Part shown: positions 20,657 through 29,957 of the stretch, in pieces | How positions within the stretch are numbered: the stretch's first letter is position 1 | Layout of the letters: each line of letters opens with the position of its first letter | NCBI GenBank assembly: GCA_001189215.1 | Contig: LFCR01000002.1 | Coordinates: forward strand, 10,677 to 74,676 | Length of the DNA stretch: 64,000 nt | Reading direction: 5' to 3' | DNA from: Parcubacteria bacterium C7867-008 | GTDB taxonomy: Bacteria; Patescibacteriota; Minisyncoccia; Phycocordibacterales; Phycocordibacteraceae | Position numbers and translations under genes: made by a program | The notes under the pieces: generated by a model | What the model saw: the letters and a program-made list of their open reading frames with translations, nothing else | Told to the model about the DNA's origin: nothing | The model's database searches: none

Positions 20657-20938
20657 TTAAAAATTAAAGAGCTCCTGAAGGTTGTGTCCTTCACCTGGAA
20701 TGTATGCAGTAACTTCCATACCGTTCGTGAGACGTACACGAGCGATCTTACGGATAGCAGAGTTTGGCTTGCGAGGGGTCTTTGTAGTCACCTTGGTGCA
20801 CACGCCACGCTTGAATGGAGCAGCGTAGAACGTAGGGCGGTTCTTCAGTGCATTGAAGCCACGACCAAGAGCCACCACCTTTGTTTTGCGGGTGACCGGC
20901 TTGCGAGACTTCTTTGTGAGCTGATTAAGCGTTGCCAT
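20657..20938 (-). CDS. rpsL: 30S ribosomal protein S12, C-terminally truncated in this sequence
   Basis: [27 protein letters not shown] then LFNF-stop. Confidence 0.92.
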   Translation of the reverse strand: MATLNQLTKKSRKPVTRKTKVVALGRGFNALKNRPTFYAAPFKRGVCTKVTTKTPRKPNSAIRKIARVRLTNGMEVTAYIPGEGHNLQELFNF

Positions 20939-20999
20939 GTGGTGAATGAAAAACCCGCGCTGCGGGATAGGGAGACTATATAAGAATAGGCCAGAGTCC

Positions 21000-21938
21000 C
21001 TACTCTTTGGAAAGTAAGCCGAGCGCTGCCAAGCGGTCGAGGAGAAATTCCCCCGCTGTCTGAAAGTGATAGATTTCCAGGTCTGAAGGGCCCAGATGGG
21101 CCAACGGAACGATACTGGTGTCGCCTCGCACGTGGCCGAAATGTGGCACAGAGAACCTTTCGAGGCCGGGCTGGCAGACTACACGGTGCTTTCCAGACCG
21201 GTATCTGCCACCGGTCAAATGCTCGAGCATGTCGCCCACATTCACGATCAGAACATTGGGGTTCGTGATATGAGCAGACATCCACTCACCCTCGTGCCAG
21301 AGCTGGAGCCCTGGCTCTCGAGCGAGCAGCAGCGTGAGCATGTTGATGTCCGTGTGCGCTGCCGCACACATCCCAACAATATTCCCTCCCCGCCGTATCG
21401 CGGCGTCATCGTCTTGCGGATTATCGTGTGCAGGATAATGAAGCGCTCGCGTAAGGCTGTCACCCTCCAGAAAGTCGAAATGATTCCCTGGTAAACCGAG
21501 CGACAGGGCCACACCCTGCATGACCAAGCGATACACCCGAGTGAATTCCTCGTACAACATCTGTTGCGTCAGGGTGAACGAAGGAAGTTCTTCCACATCC
21601 GGGCACTCACCCTTATGCGTGTGCCAGAAATGTTTCAGATCTTCGGTGGCCGCTCCTTCAGCGCGTTCAATGTTCATTGGTGTATATCCCATCTGGCCGT
21701 GAGATCCGGGGACAATGTACTTCGAGCGCTGTTCAGGAGTGAGCTGCGTGAAGAACGCATGCATTGCTCTCGTCGCCTTTTCAATTAGCTGTTGCGAGAT
21801 GCCGTGATTCTCCAGGAAGAGAAAACCTGTCTGGCCAAATGCTTTACGAAGACTTTCCACGAACAAATCAACACGTTCAGGATCACCGGACGTCAGTGAG
21901 CCGAGGTTCAACGTGAGAATGGGAGCACTCTTTGACAT
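21000..21938 (-). CDS. 2-oxoglutarate/Fe(II) dioxygenase, isopenicillin-N-synthase-like family
   Basis: [31 protein letters not shown] (HxD..H triad plus RxS). Confidence 0.9.
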   Translation of the reverse strand: MSKSAPILTLNLGSLTSGDPERVDLFVESLRKAFGQTGFLFLENHGISQQLIEKATRAMHAFFTQLTPEQRSKYIVPGSHGQMGYTPMNIERAEGAATEDLKHFWHTHKGECPDVEELPSFTLTQQMLYEEFTRVYRLVMQGVALSLGLPGNHFDFLEGDSLTRALHYPAHDNPQDDDAAIRRGGNIVGMCAAAHTDINMLTLLLAREPGLQLWHEGEWMSAHITNPNVLIVNVGDMLEHLTGGRYRSGKHRVVCQPGLERFSVPHFGHVRGDTSIVPLAHLGPSDLEIYHFQTAGEFLLDRLAALGLLSKE

Positions 21939-22099
21939 TGCTAAGACCCTTTGATTAGCCGGCAGCGCCGAGCGTGAAAACGTTATCCGCATGCAGCCTA
22001 ACAATGTAGGAGGGATACGTAAATCCCCAGATAATTATCAGTGAATATTTACTTCCCTCTTACGGTCCTCATATCACCTTTTGGCTAGAGTGCGGTCAT

Positions 22100-25051
22100 A
22101 TGAATACCATCATTTCCACCTTCTTCCGTTCTCTTGTGTCTGCATTCCTACTTATATCTCTGATACTAGAAATGATCCTACCTGGTATCGCTGAGGCAGC
22201 AGTAACTCCCCCTACTGACCCTCCTATATATGCTGAGTTCAACTTCACATATCCATATTGGTATCACCCGGTGATTGGTGGGGGCCAAGATGCAGTGAAA
22301 TTTGGCGACACCGTTCAAACAAGTGGATTGGTTCGTAGTGACGCAAAAATCACGAGCATAACAATTGATGCAACAGAACTAGGAATCTCTGAATTAATTG
22401 AATACCCCGTACTGTATAACCCTACTGAACAACTCTATCCATTTGGAGCAGCATTACATGTTAGAACACACGCAAACGGTACTGCAAAACTACGCGTCAC
22501 AATTATCGATGAACATGGCAACAAGAATATACAGGTACAGACATTGAAACTTGATAACACGCCCGCAGTCATTCGTATTGATGACACGCGTTACGCAACA
22601 ACCTCAGGTGCAACGGGCACGTTACTGGTATCTGGTTCACTTGATGAAAACGAAACAAAACTCTATGCCTATGACTATCGCTATGTACTCTACGGTGCTG
22701 ATCACACCGAAATTGATAGCGGGAGTCTTGAACAGCGCGCAGAAGGTGTCCAAGCATTTACTGATCTACCAAAAGGTCCTTTTACTGATTATTCAGTACG
22801 ACTTGGTTCCTATCCGCTCGATCGTCATCCGGAGGCAGTATATGTAGCAATACGCTTGGTTATGCGTGATGGTGCAGGAAATGACACCGTTGCATTTGGA
22901 CCAATGGTCGCGCTATCTGGAACAACCACTCCCACTCTTCCAGAGATACCGCATGGAACTGGTGTATCGAGTGTTCTATTTCTTCCAGGTATTGAAGGAA
23001 GTCGTCTATATCGAACTACTGATGGATGCTCACCAACCCAAAGCTCATGTGTTGAACAAAAACTGTGGGATCCATCAGGAACTACGGATGTGCGTGATCT
23101 GTACCTAAACGAGAATGGCACTAGTGTTCGCCCAGACATATACACAAAGGCGGGAGATTCAATAAACAATGTCTTGTTATTTAAATTCTATGAATCATTC
23201 GCAAAGGATATGGATTCCTTTCGAAGTGCTGGGGCGATGACTGAATGGCGTTCTGTTGCGTATGACTGGCGACTATCCCTCAACGACGTTGTTTCAAAAG
23301 GTGCACAGCACGATTCACGCATCTACTACAGCGAGGCAACCAGCACGCCGTATATAGTACAAACGCTACGTGAACTGGCGTCTCGTTCGAAGACGGGAAA
23401 AGTGACGATTGTTGCCCATTCAAATGGTGGTCTCGTTGCAAAGACCTTGCTTGAAAAGATTGGAGCCACAGAGACAGCGCGATTGATAGACAACGTGATA
23501 CTGGTAGGAACACCCCAAAGTGGTGCACCTCAATCAATTGCCGGTCTTTTACATGGATACGGTACGGCACTTCCTGCGGACTGGTGTTCAACTTGGGCCG
23601 TAGTGGGAGCACTGTGTTCTAAGAATGTGTCGCGTACACGCGCACGAGCACTAGCAGAGAACATGCCCGGTACTTATCACCTTCTTCCTTCACTTTCCTA
23701 TTTCGATCTGGTGCGTGACGCCTTACATCCACTCATCGCTTTCACTACGAACAATGCATACCGTGCGGAACGAACAGCCTATGGTCGCACTATCGATTCT
23801 GAAAGTGAACTGTTTAAATTCCTCACCGCACAGGAAGGTGGAAGAACAAAACCTATTCCGAGTGAACTATCGAAACCAAATGTATTAAATGCATTACTAC
23901 TCTCATACACACACGACACACATGGAGTGATTGATGCGTGGACGCCACCTCCAAGCGTGCAGGTATATCAGATTGGTGGTTGGGGCATAGACACACTATC
24001 TGGAATTGAATACTACGACCGCAAGAAACCTAGTGGTGCTCCGGGTGAGACTGTCGTTGCGTATCGCCCTGCATTTGTAGAGGATGGTGACGCTACGGTA
24101 CCAATCCCCAGTGCACTACTCATGCCGGTAGCATCAAATGTAAAACGCTACTGGTTAGATCTGTCTGGCTCAGCACTTCTTGCATCCCTTGCAGGCATTC
24201 GTCACGCCAACCTCCTTGAATCTGATCAACTGCGTGTGTTTATTGGAAATATACTTCTTGCAAAACAGACTACGCTTCCCCGCTCAATAACCACCACACA
24301 GCCAGCAACGATAAATCCTAAAAAGAAATTACTCTTCATGCTGCGCGGACCAGCCACACTGCATGCCTATGATCGAAATGGAAGACACACCGGACAAAGT
24401 GTGGATGGTCCACTTGAAGAAAGTATTCCTGGGACAACATACGGAGAGATTGGTGAAACTAAATATATTCTTGCCGTAGCGGACGACACCTACCAAATCG
24501 TTGCACGAGGATTTGAAGCAGGTATTGCAAGTCTTGAAATTGAAGAGCAGAGCGAAGACACATCCATTGCATCAAGCACATATGAAACAACAACTAGTAT
24601 GAGTAGCGAAGTATCACTAACGATTACAAACGGTATTGAAGGAACAATAGGATTTGAGGATACCGAATCCACTTCAACCATCCCTGTTCTTTCACCGATT
24701 CAAGAGGAGAATGGTGAACGTCATTCTGGAAAAAGTTCTTCATTGCACAGCACATCTAGTACCGAACTAATAATTAGTGAGACACCACGGCATGTTCCTG
24801 CACCCGTTAGTATTGAGATTCCAGTTGGATCTGATGCTGAAACTGCTAAAGAAGAAGTGGTTTCAACTACAAGCACATCGTCTGTGGTACCACTGACAGC
24901 ATCTACCGAACTTTCGGTATCTCGTAAAAGAAATTCACGCATGACCGCCAGTGCACTGGTACCTGTACAAGACTTTGTCTACGAATTACTTGCAGCAATC
25001 TTGAAACTACTTAGTTCTATACTGTCGCTTATCTCAAGTATCTGGAAGTAA
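22100..25051 (+). CDS. large secreted alpha/beta-hydrolase (lipase/LCAT-like)
   Basis: Signal peptide; FLPGIEGS, YDWR, AHSNGG, GTPQSG, GDATVP, H. Confidence 0.8.
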   Translation: MNTIISTFFRSLVSAFLLISLILEMILPGIAEAAVTPPTDPPIYAEFNFTYPYWYHPVIGGGQDAVKFGDTVQTSGLVRSDAKITSITIDATELGISELIEYPVLYNPTEQLYPFGAALHVRTHANGTAKLRVTIIDEHGNKNIQVQTLKLDNTPAVIRIDDTRYATTSGATGTLLVSGSLDENETKLYAYDYRYVLYGADHTEIDSGSLEQRAEGVQAFTDLPKGPFTDYSVRLGSYPLDRHPEAVYVAIRLVMRDGAGNDTVAFGPMVALSGTTTPTLPEIPHGTGVSSVLFLPGIEGSRLYRTTDGCSPTQSSCVEQKLWDPSGTTDVRDLYLNENGTSVRPDIYTKAGDSINNVLLFKFYESFAKDMDSFRSAGAMTEWRSVAYDWRLSLNDVVSKGAQHDSRIYYSEATSTPYIVQTLRELASRSKTGKVTIVAHSNGGLVAKTLLEKIGATETARLIDNVILVGTPQSGAPQSIAGLLHGYGTALPADWCSTWAVVGALCSKNVSRTRARALAENMPGTYHLLPSLSYFDLVRDALHPLIAFTTNNAYRAERTAYGRTIDSESELFKFLTAQEGGRTKPIPSELSKPNVLNALLLSYTHDTHGVIDAWTPPPSVQVYQIGGWGIDTLSGIEYYDRKKPSGAPGETVVAYRPAFVEDGDATVPIPSALLMPVASNVKRYWLDLSGSALLASLAGIRHANLLESDQLRVFIGNILLAKQTTLPRSITTTQPATINPKKKLLFMLRGPATLHAYDRNGRHTGQSVDGPLEESIPGTTYGEIGETKYILAVADDTYQIVARGFEAGIASLEIEEQSEDTSIASSTYETTTSMSSEVSLTITNGIEGTIGFEDTESTSTIPVLSPIQEENGERHSGKSSSLHSTSSTELIISETPRHVPAPVSIEIPVGSDAETAKEEVVSTTSTSSVVPLTASTELSVSRKRNSRMTASALVPVQDFVYELLAAILKLLSSILSLISSIWK

Positions 25052-25684
25052 TTACGCACCAATCAAGAAACGGAAAACATGTGTCACAAAATATGAGAAC
25101 GGTGCTGCAAGGAAATAACTGAAGACCAGCAACACAACAATAAGTGTTATGACACCTCCCTGACGAAGTCGTTCTTCAAATTCAAGAAACGCCATGGCGT
25201 TCTTCGGAGGAATAAGTCCACGAAGGAAAGTGTACCCATCAAGCGGCGGAATAGGGATCAGATTAAAGAGGCCAAGATAGAGATTCACGAGTGTAACAAT
25301 AGAGGCAAGTGCGGCAAACGATTCCATGCCGTTTGCAAAGGCAAATCGAGCCAGAAGTGCAAAAAACACTGCAAGCAGAAGGTTAGTGCCCACTCCAGCT
25401 ACTGCAACAAATGCTTCACCGTAGCGCTGATTCCTTAGATTAAAAGGGTTATATGGGACCGGTTTTGCCCAACCAAACAAGAATCCTGAGTTTGTTAGAA
25501 CCAAAATAGCAGGCAGAATAACGGAACCAATGGGGTCTAAATGACGAATAGGATTGAGTGTGAGGCGTCCTGCCAGCTTTGCTGTTGGATCTCCCAACGC
25601 GTATGCCGCGTACGCATGAGCAACCTCATGGATTATGACTGACATTATAAGGACAGCGATGGTGAAAAAGGCCTCTGGTTGCAT
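25052..25684 (-). CDS. site-2 protease family (M50) membrane metalloprotease
   Basis: HEVAH, GWAKPVP, FNLIPIPPLDG. Confidence 0.93.
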   Translation of the reverse strand: MQPEAFFTIAVLIMSVIIHEVAHAYAAYALGDPTAKLAGRLTLNPIRHLDPIGSVILPAILVLTNSGFLFGWAKPVPYNPFNLRNQRYGEAFVAVAGVGTNLLLAVFFALLARFAFANGMESFAALASIVTLVNLYLGLFNLIPIPPLDGYTFLRGLIPPKNAMAFLEFEERLRQGGVITLIVVLLVFSYFLAAPFSYFVTHVFRFLIGA

Positions 25685-25715
25685 GTGAAGAATGATATGG
25701 TACCATGCGGAAACT

Positions 25716-25958
25716 ATGGCACGAAGCTGCGCAATTACAGGAAAGACTACTCAGGTAGGCGGACGGTACTCTAACCGTACGCGTGCTACTGAGTTCAATC
25801 CAACCGGAAAGGTACGACGTCATGCTAATCTTCAGAAGCGTAATATCTTCGTTCCTGAACTCGGTCAGAGCTTCCTCATTGATATTTCAACTTCTGCGCT
25901 CCGCACCATCAAAAAGAACGGTGCATACGCGACACTTCGCAAAGCAGGTCTTATCTAA
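25716..25958 (+). CDS. rpmB: 50S ribosomal protein L28
   Basis: MARSCAITGK...ANLQK...ISTSALRTIKKNG. Confidence 0.92.
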   Translation: MARSCAITGKTTQVGGRYSNRTRATEFNPTGKVRRHANLQKRNIFVPELGQSFLIDISTSALRTIKKNGAYATLRKAGLI

Positions 25959-26001
25959 GAGCAACGAAAGAAAAACCGCCTCTACTTGGGGCTGTTTTTC
26001 T

Positions 26002-26868
26002 TTATCTCTGTGTCTTTGTTTGTACCGCTACTCCGTCACTCACAAAGCGAATAGTTCCTGAATCAATAGTCGAATAAACAGTTGCACCTTCCCTTTGTAT
26101 TCGTTCAAGTACTTCAGGATTTGGATGTCCATATGTATTTCCCTTCCCTGCTGAAATAGCGACTATGGATGGTTGCACCGCCGTAAGCCATACAGCATCT
26201 GTAGAATGTTTTGATCCGTGGTGACCTGCTTTTAATACATCACTTTCTAGTCCCTCAGTACCATACCGACTCATAAGGTAGTCCTCCTGTTCTGATGGAA
26301 GATCGCCAGTTAAAAGAAAAGAGGTATCTCCGTACACTACACGCATCGTCACAGAGCCTGCATTAGTTTCTCCTTTGGACACATCGTGATCTGGGTACAA
26401 GACATCTGCGTACGCAGTACCCCCAAGATGAATACGCATTCCTCTACGAGCAATAAAACTCTTGGCATTTGGTTCACGCATAACGGAATCTTCAACGGTA
26501 TGCGTGATGGCTGTGTCGTTTGAGATACCTGGACTTAAGAAATATGAAATAACATACGTACCAAATACTCCCGGAAGTCCTGCAATATGGTCTTTATCTG
26601 GGTGTGTCTCAACAACGAGATCTATGGATCTATCCAGTATTCCTATTTCTTTTGGTAGTTGTCGAGACACCGAACGATCGGGGCCAGCATCTATAAGCAT
26701 TTGAATACCAGTGGGACCTTGTACTAAAATTGAATCTCCCTGCCCAACATCAAGAATCGAAACACGTAATGACTGATCGTTGTGTACAAATACTGTATGC
26801 CACACAAACACGTTCATAGCAGTAGCTACTGCAATGATGCACACTAGCGCGCCATAGGAGATTCGCAT
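26002..26868 (-). CDS. ComEC-associated metallo-beta-lactamase-fold nuclease
   Basis: LDVGQGDS, THPDKDH, LTGD, LKAGHHGS, YGHP. Confidence 0.92.
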   Translation of the reverse strand: MRISYGALVCIIAVATAMNVFVWHTVFVHNDQSLRVSILDVGQGDSILVQGPTGIQMLIDAGPDRSVSRQLPKEIGILDRSIDLVVETHPDKDHIAGLPGVFGTYVISYFLSPGISNDTAITHTVEDSVMREPNAKSFIARRGMRIHLGGTAYADVLYPDHDVSKGETNAGSVTMRVVYGDTSFLLTGDLPSEQEDYLMSRYGTEGLESDVLKAGHHGSKHSTDAVWLTAVQPSIVAISAGKGNTYGHPNPEVLERIQREGATVYSTIDSGTIRFVSDGVAVQTKTQR

Positions 26869-26871
26869 GGG

Positions 26872-27231
26872 CTAGTGCACCGTTTCATTCGGTATATTGA
26901 GCTGATCAAGTATTTCATCTAATGCATTCACATCAGACAGATCAATTGACTCAGATGTCTCTGCAGCCTTTTCCAGGAATGCGCGATATCTCGCATTTAT
27001 CGCAGTTTTCTCATCTCCATCGAGCCAACGACTCATCGCTTCCTCGCGAATGGCGCTACTTACGGCACGGGGTTCACGTTCATCCATTTGCACACCAGGA
27101 TGCGATCGTCGGTACAGACGTAGCGCGAGCATTGCTTGAAGCTTAAATCCAGCTTCTGAAATAAGTACGTGTACATCACGGGACTCTGAGTGTTGAATCG
27201 GGCGTTCCGGTAATGCTTCGCTCATAGACAT
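26872..27231 (-). CDS. hypothetical protein
   Basis: 119-aa ORF packed against the next gene. Confidence 0.6.
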   Translation of the reverse strand: MSMSEALPERPIQHSESRDVHVLISEAGFKLQAMLALRLYRRSHPGVQMDEREPRAVSSAIREEAMSRWLDGDEKTAINARYRAFLEKAAETSESIDLSDVNALDEILDQLNIPNETVH

Positions 27232-27348
27232 AAGTATATCTTGTTGCCAGATAGGAATCTGCAGATCTCAGCAAGCTTTTATATAGGGCTTATTTTGTAC
27301 TTATTTTTAAAAGCGTATACTTATATCTATCTCATAACCAGCCGAACC

Positions 27349-27945
27349 ATGACCTACATCGCACGAACATTTAACCTTCCAGAGCTTAAAGGACTTTCCA
27401 AGAAACAGATTGATATACACCTTGCTCTCTATGAGGGGTATGTAAAACACACGAATCTTATTACCGAGAAGATTGAGAAGCTCCGAGAAGAAGATGCTGA
27501 AGGTAACGCGTACCTTATGGCAGAACTACGTCGCCGTCTTGGATTTGAGTTTGATGGCATGCGTATGCACGAGTATTATTTCGAACAATTCGAAGGAGAT
27601 ATGACATCTCAGGATTCAAGTCATCCGCTTACGGAAGCAGTAACCGACCGCTACGGTTCATGGGAAAAGTTTATTGCACACATCAAGGAAGTGGCTGGCA
27701 CGCGTGGTATCGGTTGGACGGTCGTATATTACGATCCACGCGGTCGTGCAATCCACACGGTTTGGGTCAATGATCATGAAGTTGGTCAGCTTGCAGGACT
27801 CCCTATCTTACTTGCGCTTGATATGTGGGAGCACGCATACATGGTTGATTACGTTCCTGCAGATAAGAAATCATACGTAGAAGCATTTCTTGATAACGTA
27901 AACTGGTGCGTTCCAGAAGGTCGTTTCCTCGATGCAGTAACCTAA
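27349..27945 (+). CDS. Fe/Mn superoxide dismutase family protein
   Basis: HLALYEGYV, HEYYF, GIGW, LDMWEHAY; start moved to MTYIART. Confidence 0.9.
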   Translation: MTYIARTFNLPELKGLSKKQIDIHLALYEGYVKHTNLITEKIEKLREEDAEGNAYLMAELRRRLGFEFDGMRMHEYYFEQFEGDMTSQDSSHPLTEAVTDRYGSWEKFIAHIKEVAGTRGIGWTVVYYDPRGRAIHTVWVNDHEVGQLAGLPILLALDMWEHAYMVDYVPADKKSYVEAFLDNVNWCVPEGRFLDAVT

Positions 27946-29471
27946 TACGCAGTTCCATAGAATCGCCCCGCACTCTCTGTGTGCGGGGCGATTTCTTTTT
28001 GCTTCCATACCCACCACCCTAAAATTCCATACGTAGGGATCAGTAACCACGCAGAGAATGCTGGAATGATGACGTTTGCAAATGGTACCGATGCACCAAT
28101 CTCAGCAATATGGATCACATACGTGAGTAGTAGATATGCGGGAACGCCAGCTATGAGTGCAATCAGGGGTGCATAGCTTGAGAACAGAAATGCGCACACT
28201 GCACTAAGTGCCGATGCAGCCATAGCAGCAGGCAGTACGGGCATAGCAAGAAGATTTGCCGGTATGGCAACGAATGAAAGATTACCACTCTGGTACAACA
28301 AGACCGGGAGTACTGCTGCTTGTGCTGCAAGTGTAGTGGCAACCATCTCGTGAAGGGTCGGGTTATGAATCCAATGAAGTCGATTGCCGATATGAGTCGA
28401 ACCGAGTATCAACCCAAGTGTTGCCATAAAAGAGAGTTGTAGGCCGGGATCAAATACCAGTAACGAAGGATTAACCAGAAGCATAAGTACGAGTGCAACA
28501 AAGAGCGAACGTAGTACGTCATACGTTCGAGCAGCACCACGAGCAAATAGTGCAATGAGTGCCATGATACCCGCACGCACGGCTGCCGTTCCTGCACCAG
28601 CGGCAAGTACAAAAAGTGCTATCACCAGAGCAGCAAGTATGAGCGCGGTCTTCTTAGGTAGTTTTCGTAAAACAACAAGAACACCTTCAGCAACAATCAT
28701 GACGTTGTATCCAGAGAGCACAACAATCTGAAGCATCCCGGTAATCGTAAACGCATCAAGGAGTTGTGCACCTAATCCCTGCTTCCCCCCTGCAAGGATC
28801 CCTATAGCAAGCGCACTCTCTGGTTCAGGAATCGATTGTCGTATCGCACGAACAAAACCATCTTTTACATATTCAAGACTACGGAGAAATACAAACCATG
28901 GGCGCGTATCACGACCAACAATCTCAACGTTTGCAGGAGACGCTAAACCAAACACACCGTCTTTCGCAAGAAATTGATCGTATCGAAACACTCTTCCTCC
29001 ATCACCATCAAAAGGTTCGGGTGATTTTATGGTTCCTGTTACACGAACACGATCTCCCACATGATAGGTGTCTCGCAAAGATGCGCTTGCAATGATGCGT
29101 GTTGATTCTCCACCCTGTTCGATTTCAACCGTTAGCCGGTTACTAGATTCTCGTGTGTCTGGAGGAACAACTATCACCCCTTCAACAACAGACTTAGTAC
29201 CAAGAAGTGACGCGAATGGATATGGAATGCGGGTGGGCACGTAGTGGGTACGAATAGTCCCAATGCCAAACGCAACCAACGCAACACATAGCACGAATAG
29301 ATATTGATGTTTAAGTTCTAAAGTTTTCCTGAAGGTGAATAGTTGTACTCCACAGAAAAATCCTAGGAGGAGAAATACTATTGAGACAGTAGTAGGTATC
29401 GAGTGCACTGATTCTAAAAAGATGCCAGACAAGAATCCACTTACTGCAGCATAAAAGTACGGTGCACCCAT
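27942..29471 (-). CDS. comEC: ComEC/Rec2 competence membrane channel
   Basis: OB-fold GDRVRVTG; VVLSGYNV; RAGIM; GLQLSFMAT. Confidence 0.92.
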   Translation of the reverse strand: MGAPYFYAAVSGFLSGIFLESVHSIPTTVSIVFLLLGFFCGVQLFTFRKTLELKHQYLFVLCVALVAFGIGTIRTHYVPTRIPYPFASLLGTKSVVEGVIVVPPDTRESSNRLTVEIEQGGESTRIIASASLRDTYHVGDRVRVTGTIKSPEPFDGDGGRVFRYDQFLAKDGVFGLASPANVEIVGRDTRPWFVFLRSLEYVKDGFVRAIRQSIPEPESALAIGILAGGKQGLGAQLLDAFTITGMLQIVVLSGYNVMIVAEGVLVVLRKLPKKTALILAALVIALFVLAAGAGTAAVRAGIMALIALFARGAARTYDVLRSLFVALVLMLLVNPSLLVFDPGLQLSFMATLGLILGSTHIGNRLHWIHNPTLHEMVATTLAAQAAVLPVLLYQSGNLSFVAIPANLLAMPVLPAAMAASALSAVCAFLFSSYAPLIALIAGVPAYLLLTYVIHIAEIGASVPFANVIIPAFSAWLLIPTYGILGWWVWKQKEIAPHTESAGRFYGTAY

Positions 29472-29525
29472 GCCAGAAGCATAGACGCGCGATGTTCAAA
29501 TTACCGTAATGGGATTCTAAAGAAA

Positions 29526-29948
29526 CTATGACTTTCTATCCATTGCCTTGTTAGCAAGTTCATCTGCATCTTTGTTCTTCTCGCGTGGAACATGTTCGAA
29601 ATGCACCGTACCGAAGTTACGAGCAAGAACATTCTTCACTGAAAGGTACCGAGGAATAAGATTTGGGTGTTTCACTTTGTATGCACCCTTCAACTGTTCA
29701 ATAACGAGTTTACTGTCCATGCGAATTCGCAGTGACATGTGTTGAAAATATCCATCAGGATAGTGCTCGTGTAGTTTCACGAGACCACGCAGTACTGCTT
29801 CGTACTCAGCAACGTTATTCGTTGCAGTTCCAAGATAGTCAGCAACTTCCACTACCCTTTTGCCAGCGGTATCAAAGACTACTGCACCCGCACCTGCATG
29901 ACCTGGGTTACCGCGTGACCCACCATCTGCGTATAGCGTAAATTCCAT
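29526..29948 (-). CDS. rnhA: ribonuclease HI
   Basis: DGGSRGNPG, TNNVAEY, DSKLV, HVPREKN..AD.LAN. Confidence 0.93.
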   Translation of the reverse strand: MEFTLYADGGSRGNPGHAGAGAVVFDTAGKRVVEVADYLGTATNNVAEYEAVLRGLVKLHEHYPDGYFQHMSLRIRMDSKLVIEQLKGAYKVKHPNLIPRYLSVKNVLARNFGTVHFEHVPREKNKDADELANKAMDRKS

Positions 29949-29957
29949 GAAACCAGT

